From positions 1-64,000 of the forward strand of contig NMRA01000811.1 in assembly GCA_002633005.1 (NCBI GenBank): 64,000 bases of DNA, written 5' to 3'. The position numbers and the translations under genes are program-made. The stretch comes from Phoronis australis. Its lineage: Eukaryota; Animalia; Phoronida. Each line of letters opens with the position of its first letter. Within the stretch, counting starts at the first letter, position 1. The notes below the pieces were generated by a model. The model saw only the letters and a list, made by a program, of their open reading frames with translations. It searched no databases and was not told the origin of the DNA. This document shows, in pieces, positions 48,201 to 63,200 of the stretch.

Positions 48201-51200
48201 GTTATTCTGAAACTGTATGCTGGAAGTTTACAGGTTTGACTACCCTAATAGAAAACAACACTATTGCTGCAACAGACTTGAGATTGAAAATTCCAGAAAC
48301 TGTTTATTGCAATGCATTCTATACTTTTATTTTTCCTTCTTTTTGAATGTTAAAGCAAGACGTGTATTTTCTTATTGAAAAAATTGTTGCGAATGTGCTT
48401 TCTAAGTTTGTTAGTGAAAATTTGCCTGTTTGTCTCCAGCTCATCCTTGACAACCTCAGAGTGTACAAACAGTCTGTGGAGAGCAGCAAGCCTCTCTTTG
48501 AAGTGCACACACTGCTGGCGCCACCTGATGTGGTTATTCACCCAGCAGCCAATGAGATTTACAAGCTGGCCCTGCAGTGTATCAGAGACTGTGTGGAGGG
48601 GTGAGTCTACTCCCTACCTGTTAACACTCTTTGTTTGGATTTACAGTAGTTTTAAAAGTATTTTAAGGTTTAATTTTGTTTCTCTTGGAATTGTTGAATA
48701 ACTGTATAGTGGGCAAGAGTTGAGTAGGGACTTTTGAGGGGCGCTGGGCACTTGCAGACAGAAATTGAAGAATGCACCAAAATAAATGTGTATTTTGTAG
48801 ATGGCAGTTTATTGATTTCTGACCTGTCATTCTCAGGACCAAGGTGTTTGTTCGGTGGATGCACGGCTCGTGCATCGAGACGCCACCGCAGAAGATTGAG
48901 GGCGAGGATGAGCCCTACGTGTTCAGCTTCTTCACAGACATATCAGCCAATCCAGAGGTGATTGAACTGATGAGCAGCATCTCAAACGCCATGAAGAACA
49001 CACTGACCAGTCTACAGAGGTACCTGCTCAGGTGGAAGACCTACCGTAGTATATGGCACGTAGACAAGGTGAGGGACGACACTTTGAGGTGTGTGGTGGG
49101 TTGAGCGCTATATAGGCTATGAGGTGTGTTCTGGGTGGCCTGCAGAGGAATTACGATAGAAGACCTTCTGCGTTATTTGTTGGATACGTGATCCAGGCAG
49201 TAAAAATAAAAAAGAGGGCAGGTGGCCTGATGCCTTTTGCAGTACATCAGGCATGTTTAGGCCGCAACGCCTGGTCCATTACACTAATCACCAGGCATTA
49301 GGGGGTAATATGAGATCTGGTCAGGTGTGATGAGTACCTGTAGGTTTGGATAAAAGGTAATACTGTGAGTTTCGGATGCAGCGAATTCTTGTATTCGAGG
49401 GAAAAGGTGTAAAATATGTCTTTTTGGTACGCTACAGCATTTGTTTATTCTTCTCCACTTTCTCTAAGATTCACGTGGGATTTGATTGTGTATTAACTGT
49501 GTTGTAAACCGTAATGTAATAATGTGAAATGTGTAAATTTAATCTTCATCGCTATTATACAGGCAGCAAAAACTGAGAAGTGGTTCTCCAAGGGTCCATC
49601 TGTGGTCAGTTTTGACGAGCGGCTGCAGTACTACTACAAGATCATGGACGAGGTGAACAACCTGTCACTGGTCAAGGATCAGGACTGTATACGTCTACAC
49701 ATGGAGCCCCTGGCTCGAGCTGTCAGGGAACATGCCAAGCAGTGGACAGACGTTTATGGCAAACTGCTGCAGGACTCCGCCAAGGACTCGCTCACTTCAC
49801 TCAAAGACATGCTACAGGTGATTGCCCTGCAACCATTGCAATTTAGTTTGTTGTCCAATCTTGGAAGTGCCAGCAGTTTCATTTCCATTCGCTATTGACA
49901 AGCTTTGGTGGTGTTGTAAAGAATAATTGTTGCGCATTGTTGTTTGGGGCGCAAGGCATCATTTTAGCGTCAATTTTAACAACGTAAATGTGAAACCACA
50001 CATTTCCAAACCTGCAGAACCATTGCTGTTTGGATACAACACCTCGTATTCAACCATAATGGCAAATTCATACATGTAGTGAATTAGCTATAGTAAAATT
50101 TTGTAATTAATACATTGGTCACGGATGTCTTTGAAGTTATTACCAAGTGGCGATCGTTGTCTTATTCTTCGAAATACAGATTTTACCATGTGTTTGAAAT
50201 CATTGCTGGTTACATTTGATGGCGACAAGATGTTAACCGTCAATTTGGGTTTTTTGTGAAGTTTGCTTTCATTATACCTTTAGTTAGCAAAGGGTTTTTA
50301 ATTCTGTTTTATTGTGTTCAGAAAAAGAGCGATGACCTCAAGACTGACCCCGAGACTCTGGATGACCTCAAGTTTGTCTTGTCAACCATATCGAGTATCA
50401 AAAGCATGTCCATGTCAGTGGAGTCCACCATCAGAGATATTCATGAGAGATACCGCACCTTGGCCATGTACAACATACCGGTGGGTTGTCTACGTTTTTA
50501 GTCATGTTCTGCATTTGTAATACACTTCGTACTGATCATCTGATTGGGCAACATTGTCCAGACCTCTGACCCATATCAAAATTTCCACAGATTTTTTTGA
50601 GTGCCTATAAAACCGAGTTTACATGAGATTTTCATGAGTGAATGAAAGTTGTTTACATTCAACATAAAGGAAACATTATTTAATTTCGACTCTTGGACTA
50701 GACAAAAAGCATGTATCGTAAGGTCATTTCAAGAGATGAAAAAGGAGACCGGAGCTTGGTGTAAATAGGTCATTTATTATGACTAGACTAGTGGTTCAAA
50801 GCAATACAGAGAATAAATAAGTTTTAGTAGCAAGATATATATCTTGACAAATGCTATGGTACATTTTTTTCTGAATCTTATAACACATAGGATTTGCTGT
50901 ATGAAGCAGAACATTTGATTTTGCTTTTGTTGAATCAAACATTAAGTGATCAGATTACTGGCTTGTTGGCTTGTCACTTGCCACATGGCTGAGTTGAATT
51001 GTGTGAAGGAATCACATGCTGTATTAATATTAATACACTGAGGTGATCCCTGGTTACAGGAGCGGATCCTGGGTTTTTTAAAAGTGAGGGTCGAATCAAG
51101 GATTTTTTTAAAATGGGGGATCCAACTCAACTATTTGAAAATTCTAGATTTGACATCACTAAAATCAAGGGGAATAAAGGGGGTTCTAGACCCTCTTGAC

Positions 51201-54200
51201 CCCCCCTGGATCCGCCTATGGGTTACTCTTTACCAGCAATGTCACTGAGAGAAAAATAACCTGTACTAATCCTCCCGTTTATTTGTGTTTAGGTGGATGA
51301 CGCTGACAAAGAGCTGACTGAACAGTTGCCTGACATGTGGGACGCGTTACTACTGGAAGCCAAGAATGTTGACGCCAGTCTAGTGGTGGTCAAGAAGACA
51401 TTCACGGAGTATACACTGACACAGATCAAGGACTTTGGCTCGCAGTTAGAGGCCTTCCATGAGAGGTTCAAGTTTGAGGGTCCTGGGGCCATCGGAAGGG
51501 ATTTGGATAAAGGTGAGGCTCTTTTCCACATGAATATTATGCGAATCTTGATGTGGCCAACAGGTGGCGGGCAAACCAGACTTAAAAATGTAATTGTTAT
51601 TTTTACCTTAAGTTGATATTCAAAATGCTTTCTAAACGAAGTTTTGTATGATGATGTTAAGAGACAAAAATGAACGTATGAGCAACAGATAATTGAGTTA
51701 AAGAAACATATAAATCATTGGTAAGTGAGCCATGCATGTACTTCAGGTAATTTAGAATGTTCAGAACTGTTTAATGGTGTGCATGCCAGTTCTGTGCCTT
51801 ATCTTGGGCTAAGCAACCACATTGTACACTGTCACAGTATAAGATAATGGAACAAAACAGTGTCGTGTGACGTCAACTCTTGTCATGTACAAATCTGTAG
51901 TTACATTGTGCACGGATGTATTGACAGTTGGAAGCTTACTCATGATATTGTACTCAAGTCAGCTGATACACAGACTTTTAAGAATGTTTTCAATGTTGGT
52001 TACTAACTGTTTACTACTTGACGTTTTTCTATGGACGCAGAATGGGAGAAGGGTTTGTGTCTAGAGCTGTGTTTGTAAATGTATTCTTTTTGGTCACTTA
52101 TTGGTAGCAGAATTGTTTGTTGGTTATTCAAATTGGGTTGGCTGTAGTGGTCATATCCAGCATGGTGTGCTTACAATTGAATTGAAATATTCTTCTAAAA
52201 GGTCTCCATAAACCTTTGTTGTTTTATGGTTTTATGCTTTCCAGTGTGGTTTCACTACAGTGCTGTGATGTATGGATTCTAAGCCCCACGTATTATTTTA
52301 TGTTCAGTTGTGGTCTCAAGAGACAAGAGTACAAGCTCGCGATTGTCTCTTTACCCGATCAATTAATATTTAAGTAATTTTAAAAAATTCTGGGTTTATG
52401 TTGCATAAGAGACATTGGCAGTGATAAGTGAAAAGGCATAAGTTAGCCATTACAGCCATTACAGAGTCTATTCTATCAGATCCCCTGTCAACCAAATACC
52501 AGGGTAGTGATAGACAGTTTATGCAATTGAATAACTAAGCTCAAACCGGGCCTGATAATATCAGCTAGTGCCCTGTAGTTACCGGAACATATAATAGAAG
52601 ACATGGTCACCTCTAACCAAATACTGGCTGTGAATAGATTAACCCAGATTTATCTGTAGCCTTATTTACACACTGCACACAATCCCAAAAGCAAAAGTTT
52701 TGTAGTGCATGAAAAAATGATTATTTGTCACTCTCTAACTATATTCGGGTTTTGCGTGTATCTCATGGCTGACTTGTTCCGTTAAATATTTTCTGGCTCT
52801 GATTGGCCTCAACTACTTTTACCTTGTACAGTTTTGGCTCTCTGTTGAATGAATCGTGTAAAAACTATGTTGATCTCCATATACATTTATACCTAGTCCA
52901 CAAGCCTGGCCCTGCTTAAAGACGAATCTTGAAACAATTTTGTTGATCACAATTTATATGTAAAAGCTCATCGACAAGTGTTGCCCTGGTTAAGGATGTG
53001 CCTTGCAAGAGTTGGAGACTTTCAGAAAGCAATTTGGGCTGATCATGTGGTACCGGTGACTTGTATCGCCACCTAGCTGTGCCAGGAGGTACTTTGTCTT
53101 TGCAGCGGGTGACGTAGGGGAACAGTTTGACTTCTAGAAAAGACTTTTATAAGAGGTATATAGAGCCTCCTCTATCACGTGACCAATCGTCAAGTTGCTA
53201 TTTGAATCTTAAGATCAAAAACCAGACGATCGCCGCTCAGATAAAAAAGTTCATGTTCAATTCAACGTTTCGTCTTTTCATTAGACATCATCAGGATCAT
53301 ATTTACAACAATGAACTTTTTTATTTGTGCGGCGATCGTGCTGTTTTTGATCTTATTGTGGCCAAAAACTGATTTATTTGAATCTTAAGTCTACCAATAT
53401 TGATCATCACTTAGTGCATATATATGTCGATCATCCACAGGCCTGGCCCTGCTGAAGGACTACAAAGCAGAGCTGGAGAAGTATGAGGCAGAGCAGAAAG
53501 AACTAGCAAATGCGGAGCGTCTCTTTGACCTGCCCATCACCATGTATCCAGAGTTGCAACAGGCCCAGAAGGAGATGAAGGGCCTGGAACAGATCTACGC
53601 TATCTTCGAGGAACAGAATGCCGCTCGCGAACAGTGGGCCGAGACACTGTGGGCCAACCTGAACGTTACGGTGCTGACGGACGGTATTGAGAACTTACTG
53701 AAGAGTCTGCGCAAGCTGCCGAGGGAGGTGAAGCAGATGAGAGTGGCCAAGATGTTGGAGGAAATTATGAAGGAGTTCAGGGACTCACTACCGCTGTTCA
53801 TGGATCTGAAACATGAAGCTTTGAGGGAGAGGTGAGTAGGTTATGCTGATGAGGGTATCAGTTCAGGGACTCGCTATTGCTGTTCATCGAGGGGATTTGC
53901 TGTTGATTATGAAAGAATTCAGTGATGTGACTGTCTGCCATTTGCTGTTGTGAGAGATGACTAAATTAAAACTATATGTCAACTTCTCAAAATCTTAAAA
54001 TAATGGTGTTAATAGTGAATCTTTACTTCTGCCATAAAAACTTTTGATGTTGTCTACCTGTAGTCATTACCAATGTGGTGTTTCCGTGCAGGCACTGGAA
54101 AGAGCTTATGAACCGGACAGGGCAGACATTTGACATGAATCCAGAGACATTCACCTTGGCAAACATCTTTGCCATGGAGTTGCACAGGTTCCAGGAGACA

Positions 54201-57200
54201 ATTGGAGAAATCGTCACGTCAGCCACTAAGGAATTGAGTATAGAAAAGGTAATGGTTAGCTGTTTTAGATATTAAGTAAGGTTGATGGGTTTGTTGTAGA
54301 ACAGTCCATTGCTTTTGTTTTTGGTCGATACAGGTACTTTAAACTTATGTTAGCATTTTGCTGAAGAGTTTGTTGTCATAAATGGTAGGTTTTGTGTGCT
54401 TGAAATGGCAGTTTTGATTGTTGGAAGATGATGCAAGCATGAATTTGTATTGTTTTTGGTTGTTTAAACAGTGATATTTGTCAAGCAGTGACTATTTCTA
54501 AGTAAGTACCTTGTCTTCACCCACCAATCTTTAGCCTGCGTTCACTTACAGGGTGTCAAAGAAGTTGAAGACACGTGGAACAACCTTAAGTTCAACGTGG
54601 TGACCTACATGAAAGGCACGTCCAATCGTGGCTTTATCCTTGGCGCTGTCGACGAGGTGCTGCAACTGTTGGACGACAATGCCATGAACTTACAGAGCAT
54701 GTCGGCGTCGCGCTTCATTGGTCCGTTCATGAACACTGTGCAGAACTGGGAGAAAGGCTTATCACTCATTAGTGAGGTCTTGGATGTAAGTGGAGTTATT
54801 TAAAGTGGGTCACAGTAGTTAGGAGCTTTATTTCATGTTGGTTCCTTGTTTATTGTGTACTGAAGTATTTTAGTCTATGCATAGTACTTATTTTACATGC
54901 ATTTGCGTTTGTTGTGGATCAAAGTTAGTTTGCAGAAAAGAAAGTAGTTCATTGTCTGAAAGTTGTTTTTTAAAATAAGTGAAGAGGGAATGCAAATGTG
55001 GTAAACCAAGAGAACTTCTTTTGTTCATTAAAAGTTTTAACTATAATTGTTTCTCTCAGAATATTTTTCCTCAAAAACAAGAAAAATTGTCAATGCGTTA
55101 GGTAAATGATTTCTGATTTTCTTGTACAAAAACTTGCACTTGTTTAAAAAAACTGTCCTGAATTACGCCCTTATGACCTGATTTCACGTGGTTTCCTGTT
55201 TGTTGTTGCCCAGATCTGGATGGTGGTCCAGAGGAAGTGGATGTATCTTGAAGGTATCTTTGTTGGTGGTGACATCAGAGCTCAGTTGCCCGAGGAGGCG
55301 AAAAAGTTTGACCAGATCGACAAGACGTTCAAGAAGGTATTTCTGGTTTTGTCTGGACTCATTGCTAGTTTAAAACTACTCAAATGTTGATTAATCACAC
55401 AGTGTGTGAATTGATTTTAATCAAAGTGTGCCGTACGATTGGTAAATTTTTTTGTCGAGTCATAGGTAGAGTTTGATGGCCATGGGCCCTTTTGTGGCTT
55501 TATTTATTGTAGAGACTACTTGGTTAATTCGAATGAATAGATAAAAAAACAAGATAACACCAAAATTTTAAAGGTGTTGGATATTAGTTAGTGTGCAATC
55601 AGTGGCAAAGAAGATGAAATAGGTCAGGCTGAATTTAAACAAAAAATTAGATAATGTTGAGTACTTTTAATTAGTTGTGTATGAGTTTTGGGGATTTTTA
55701 TCTTTATTTGGTGGATAAAGACTAATAAAAGTATTGTATGATTTGTTTAATTCAAAGAATGGAAGGAAAAGTTATATTTTCCAGAAAATTTTGGTCGTGT
55801 CCATGTTTTTGAAACAAAGAAGAGTATATGGTCAAATATGTTGACACTAATGGTGTCAAAAACAACAGATAAAAATGCTTTCAGAAAAAGTGGCATTTCT
55901 CTTATAAAAATGGTGGAATTTTTCACTTTTGCCTAGTGTTCCTAGTTGAAGAGATTGTTCTTAGAGAAATGATTATCATTTCTATCTTCTACTATTGCTA
56001 TATAGATTATGGCTGAGACTGCCAAGAACCCTATCATCAAGCATTCTTGCCATGCCCAGAACAGACTACAGGACTTGGAAATGTTGAGTGCTGGGCTCGA
56101 GAAGTGTCAGAAGTCACTTAACGACTATCTGGACTCCAAGAGGAATGCCTTCCCTCGCTTCTTCTTTATCTCCGACGACGAATTGCTTAGCATTCTTGGT
56201 AGTAGCGACCCCGAGTGTGTGCAGGAACACATGATCAAGGTGCCTATGATAACGATGCTCATAGTCTACTTTAATGGCAGCTTGCCACCTAGTCAAGACT
56301 CACTGTGTAAACCATGTGATGCAAATCTAAACGAGTTCATGTTTGGTGAGACAGTTAAATTCGGTCCATACTCTTAATGTAGAATGTTGACACAGGGTGT
56401 AAACAAGCCTTGGAATGTTCCCCTGATTTTTCATATACTGCTCAGAAAGTGGTGATATGTTGACATGTGGTACCAAAAATCTTTGAGTTCACAAACAGTG
56501 CAAACTTTCATCGCTAGTTTTGATCGACCTTGCTTCTTTTGTCATTCGTGACTGCAGACATGTTTGGGACCTGCGTCATAGGCCTGTCATGTGTGAAGCC
56601 AACATAAACACTGCTTTGTCCTCAGTTTTTGAATAATTTGAATTTGATCCAATTAGCCATCCCTTGTGGTGTTTGTGCTGAATAGTTTTCCTGTGTTGAG
56701 CAGCATGTGTTGTGTTGCAGATGTTTGACAACATATCCTCGCTCAAGTTCATCAAGGGAAGCAACAACGAGATGACTGCTAAAGGCATGCTGTCCAGTGA
56801 GGGAGAGTACATGGAGTTCCGCACAGCCGTCCCTGCCGAAGGGCGCGTGGAGGACTGGATGACCAGCGTCCTGTTGGAGATGAGGAGAACTAACAGGCTG
56901 ATACAGAAGGAGGCCATCTTCTACTACTGTGATAACAAGACCAGGTACGCTGGGATTTAAGTTTTTGAAGTGAAGCAAATGAAGGTATTTGAAAACTTCA
57001 AGGAAGCCTGTGGATCTTATCACGACCCACATAGTTGATAATGTATGGTATAACAGATTATGACCTCACTAAATGTAAAGCCATGTTTTCTCAGTAGTAT
57101 TTCAGCAGTGTGAACTTTAGTTACATCATGTGAGTTCTACAGTGTGTGCAAAAGTGTCGTTGCATGAACAAAAGATGCATTGGTAATGCCCAGACAGGGC

Positions 57201-60200
57201 CCTTAATCACTTTAGGGAAATGGTGCCTGTGCCCTTTAATAGGTATTTTTTCCAGTGTGAGGAACTATCAACTGAAGGCATTGCATTAAGAGTAAAATTT
57301 TGCATTTATGACATGACACTGTATATCTGCTTGAGTTTAAACTAATTCTAAACTTAAGGGAAATTTTTGATCATTCATTCGAGGGTAATTTTTGGGCCTG
57401 GTGAAAGTAATTTCACGTTGGAGCCATGAAGTTTTTTTGAAACTACTAGCTTTCAGTTTCATCTCGAGACCGTTGGGTTTTTAAATGTTTTTCAGAGGGG
57501 AACGATGCCAATGTTTGGTCCCGTAATTGAGGTGTAGAGGGCGCTGCTGGAACATAAATATTTCTTTTCTGTCGCTTAGTCCTTAAACTGTTTGAGCAAC
57601 ACGATAAATGAATTTAGATAGTAAACAAATGGAAGGATCCGAAGTAATAATGAAATAAAAAATTTGATAATGAAACGATTTATTGTTAAATTATATTGGG
57701 TTGATTATTAGTTTTGGTTAAAAAGATCGATTTCAAAGAGTGTGATGACGTGATTATCACACCTTTTGTCCAGGTATAACAATGTGGCCAGACAGGAACC
57801 TGTCAGGTAGGAATAAGTACTATAGTTATGTTGAACAGCTATTGGTTGACCTGTCTTTGATACAAGGTTGTATCTGTTGTACATTCTATGTTTATTTACT
57901 TAATTTGTTATTAATTATCATTATTACAGTATGTTGTTATGCTTAATTGAAGTTAAGTTATTTTTTGCATTATGTTAAATTGTGAAATTGGTTTCAGCTG
58001 TTGTTGTTTCAGTTTATATAGAATAGCATCTTTCTTTTTATGTCTGATACATTTTGTAAAATAATAGCCTTTTATACTTTGTCTAATGAAAGTGGGTTCT
58101 TACTGTTCTATAAAGCTATCTGCCTCAGACTTGGATAGTCGAGGCACGAATGTCTTGTATTACTGCCTCTGTCTAAAATTTAGTCAGTCTTGTTGAGAGG
58201 TCCCAATGTAGCGGATGCCTTGTTCTTGAGCATCTTTGCATTACATTTTTGTGTTCTTTGAGCAGCATTGCCTGTAGGAGCTAAAAATATCAGTTAGCTG
58301 AATCATATCGCTTGTAACGTTAAATGTTCTTAAAGTCTTTGCTTGCATCACATTGGAACTTTGTTAAGTTTGGCTGGAAGACTTCCATGCAAAAGATGAC
58401 AACCTGTTCATTTGTTGGTCACCTGCGTATCTACCTTTACAGAGTACAATGGATGTTGGACTATCAAGGTATGATATGTCTGGCTGGTAACCAGGTATGG
58501 TGGACCTGGGAGGTCGAAGATGTCTTCCGTAAGGTCAAGAAAGGCCACAAGATGGCGCTCAAGGACTACGCCAAGCAACAGCACAAACAGATTGACGATC
58601 TCGTTGTACAGGTATGATTCGTCATCTGTAGGGAAAATCGATTTGCAACTTTGCTACTTTTGAAGCGCCTTTAAAACTACCTTCCTTTGCAGAAACAACT
58701 TTTGATTTAGACTACTTGCCATAATGAAATTGGTCTCCTGTTGTTCTTTTAATTAGTAAAATTAATGGTCTTCAGGGTATTACTTGAAACTAGGCTCTTA
58801 GGCTTGTACTGGAGTCATTCATTAGTCATTTACTGATTCAGTGAGGACTCACCTTGTCAGTAACTCTACTTCCCTGACTGTTAAACATTCCACTGATTGC
58901 TGTTAATCTGATCGTTCAAGTTATGCCATCGTTAGTAGTTGTTATGATAGTCGTCTTATATCAGTTGAATATTTGTTTCATGTCTGGTAATGCCTAGTAC
59001 CATGCCCAGGTGCAGATTACACGTATTTTTGTGTCTAACCTCTTTGTGTTGATGTAGGTGAGATCGCCACTGGCTTCAAATGACCGTAAGAAGTTCAACA
59101 GTGTACTCATCATTGAAGTGCATGCCAGAGACATTGTAGACAGCTTTGTGAGGGACAGGTGAGTAGCGCCACCGTGTGGTCACTTACACAGTCTGAGTAG
59201 ATTCCTGTCACCAGTCAGTGTACTGGAGTATCATCACAGCTTGCAGAAAGTACCATGAGACTGATTTTGAGAATATTGCTTTCGTGAAAACGAGGCTTAG
59301 TGCTTTAGTAACTTTTTCTCGAAGGATGATAGAATATCGTATGAAATCTGTTTAAAGTAACCCAGGTCACATTGCATAGTGCAAGTTTGTTGTCAGAAAA
59401 GTAAGATGATGTAAGACCACACAAAATTGTAAGCCAAGTGTTGGGTGAGTAGGCTCAGGACCTCACACACACAAACACATTGGCTTGGTGATTTGTTGGT
59501 GAGGCTGGAATATTGGATTATGGGAGTGACCTGCAAAATGCCATTTCTGTTGCATAAGCTGAGATTTCTCACCACAAGTGTGTCATGAGTGTCTTACAGG
59601 CCGCTGTTTTGTTTTAGAAAGTCTGTAAGTGCAACAGTTAGTACTTACTCAATAGGACTGCTACAGTGTTTTTGTTACTTGTCTGGAGTGTGTCAATCCC
59701 CGAAATAAGAAGTAATCGAAATGGCTTGACTAACTTACAGTATTATGGATGCCAAAGAGTTTGAGTGGGAGAGTCAGTTGAGGTTCTACTGGGACAAAGA
59801 GCCAGATGAGCTGATGGTGCGACAATGTACAGGAGAGTTTGGATATGGTTATGAGTACATGGGACTCAATGGTCGACTGGTCATTACACCTCTGACTGAT
59901 CGTATTTACCTGACACTTACACAGGTGAGTCTGTGCTGCTCTCTAAGCAGCTAGCAATGTTGTGATAAGGCTTCGGTGTTCGACTGCAAACTGGTGTAGG
60001 CATCTTGGTACGTCAGACCAAAAAAAGCAAAACTGATTTAAAAAATGCCTGCACGCATCATTTTTAGCAAAGTTTTTCACTTCAAAAGCTAATTGAATGT
60101 GTCTAAGCTAGGTTTTGTTTAACTATTTCTCTTGGCAACTCGACGACAATCGTGTATTTCATGACTTCCATTTGACTTGGTTTTGAAATAGGGCACACAT

Positions 60201-63200
60201 GCAATGATTAAGAAGATTTTCAAGTTTAAGTTTCATGGTGTGGTTAGTTATACCTGCCAGTGTTCTGTACTGACTATGTATTTTGCCTAAAGGTTTTTGA
60301 ATGTAAGGGCGCTGATAACAGGGATATTAGCATGGAGGACTTCCTAAATAATTTAACAGCATCTGAAAAGAATGCTTTTTCTGTAAGTTAGAATTTTGCT
60401 GTTTCCAAAGTATTGATAAAAAACTTTTACATAACTTGGAGATGAGACTGTTTTCCACATGATTGTCTGACGTGTTATTTTCTGCCTCTCAGGCCTTGAC
60501 AATGAAACTAGGAGGTGCTCCTGCCGGCCCTGCAGGAACAGGCAAAACAGAAACAACGAAAGATCTGGCCAAAGCACTGGGACTGCTGTGTGTGGTCACC
60601 AACTGCGGCGAGGGCATGGACTTCAAGGTAAGTAAACATGTGGGATTGAGAGATGCATTGAGTTTTATGTGAAATTAGGGCATTAGTGGGATAAAATGTG
60701 CCCTTGTTATGAGAACCAGTTTGTGATCAGTTCTTTAGTGGTGAAAACTGGTTCTTAAAATGCAGGCACGTTTAATCCGACTATTACTAAAATTGGGTTA
60801 CGTATTAAGCTATTCAATTACCACACCTTCCCAGTTTATTCAGTTACAGTTTGTTGGGTGAATGGACGTTGTGTTACCATAATGATTATTAGACAAAATA
60901 ATGAAAAATGCTACTCACAGTTGTACATATCAGAAAGTAATATGGTTTGTAAAAACTATGACGATGAAGCTGTTACCAAACATTTATGCACCTTTAGCAA
61001 CTGTTTCTCCATTCATCATTTACTACCGTCAATATCCTTGAAGTTCGTTAATAGATTTCTGTATCTCATGCTGAGAAAACAGTACCTGAATGTGGTAATG
61101 ATGAAGATCATTACAATACCACTGTGTTTCCCCAGGCTGTTGGTAAGAACCTATCTGACATTGTTTTTCTCACTCCCCCAGGCTGTTGGCAAGAACTTAT
61201 CAGGTCTTGCCCAGTGCGGTGCCTGGGGCTGCTTCGACGAGTTCAACCGTATTGACGCCTCGGTACTGTCTGTGATATCTACGCAGCTGAAGACGATACA
61301 GAATGCCTTGATACTCAATCTCAAGAGATTCCATGTAAGTTAGCCTATATGAATTGACATTAGCATTACACACAGTAAAATTTCCAAAATTGCTTAAACA
61401 TGAAATGGTTGCTTTCCATTCTATGAAATGTTTGCGTGTTGTACTACAGATAAATATCTCATGTAAAACCTTGAGTTGTAAATCTGATTTTTTTGTTTTA
61501 GACTTACAACTTTTAAGTTAAAAGTTAGAGGATGAAAACAAGTCTAGCTTCAGATGTTAGTAAACTTTAGTTTTTGTAAAATTTGTTATGTATGGTGGCA
61601 TACTAACTGTTACTATACCCGACAAGTACTAATAAGTTGTTGTAAGATTCATGCACTTGTTATCTCCCCTGTATAGTTTGAAGGTCAAGAAATCTCATTG
61701 GACAATCGTGTGGGTGTTTTCATCACCATGAACCCTGGTTATGCGGGGCGTACTGAACTACCAGAGTCGGTCAAGGCTCTGTTCCGGCCAGTAGTGGTCA
61801 TTGTTCCTGACCTTCAGCAGATCTGTGAGATCATGTTGTTCTCTGAGGGTTTCCTTCTGGCCAAGGTTTGTAATTGGTTTTGTAATGTGTTTAAACTCTC
61901 TGATACAATGGTAGCTAGCAATTCTATTTGCTGAATTTTGGGTCTTGAATCAGTGAACTCTTTCCTTTGTGGGAGTCGAGTGTAGGTTGATTATTAGTGA
62001 TCAAATTTCTCCTTCATACTCTATCTTGTCACTTTGAAGTTGAGCTTTTTTACCAGTTTTACTTGAATGCTGCTGTTTTTTATTTTAAGATTTGATTACC
62101 TTGTAGTTTTTTACATGAAAACGTATCAACCTCTTCACAGGTTCTTGCCAAGAAAATGACCGTGTTGTATAAACTAGCCAAAGAACAGCTGTCCAAGCAG
62201 TACCACTACGACTTTGGTCTGCGGGCCCTGAAATCTGTATTAGTTATGGCAGGTGAACTCAAGAGAGGCTCCCCAGACCTGCATGAGGTAAGGGTAGTGA
62301 AAGTAAACGTCATAGATGGAAGTAACGCATATTTGTAAGGAATATACTCGTCTGATAATGTATCAAGTCCTGTTCTGATTTTAAATTTCCAGAGAACTTG
62401 TGATTTCTAACTAGAGTGAGGTTTAGTTCATTTGCCCAGCATTGTTTATAGCAATTTTTGATTTCTACTTAATTCCAAGTAATGTATTATTTGTGCACAG
62501 ATTTGTGACCCATTTCACTTTAACTATTAACAAAATGTCATGAATGTATGCTTGACCAAAGCACATTATAACTGTGCTAATTAGCAACTTTTACTTTAAG
62601 TGTCAGTAGTTGAGGGAGTCAACTTTTGAATTTAATTCACTTCAATAATCTTAGTACAGCATGCTTATGAATAAATAAAAAGACATTTAATGACCTTGTG
62701 GTAAAATAGGTCTTAAAATATACATAGAATGTCCATATTATAAAAGATGTCTTCACTCTACAGGATGTTGTGCTGATGAGAGCCCTGCGTGACATGAACC
62801 TTCCCAAGTTTGTGTTTGAGGACGTACCCCTGTTCATGGGTCTGATCAGTGACTTGTTCCCAGGCCTTGACTGTCCCCGTGTACGCTACCCCAGCTTCAA
62901 CGATGCTGTGGAGTCCGCACTGAAGGACAATGGATACATCCTATTGGAGCAACAGGTACTGTGGTGGTGTGGGGTTAAGTGGGGGGGGGGCTGTTGTATT
63001 GTGCTATGTGGTGGTGAGACATGCCGTCGGGTTCCATGTTGTACAACTATCATGGTGTGTGGCCATGCTTCAATGAATCTCTAGTGCACAACACATAGTG
63101 CTACATGGCAATATTGCATTACAACACATAGTACTGCATGGCAATATTGCATTACAACACATAGTAATGCATGGCAATATTGCATTACAACACATAGTAC

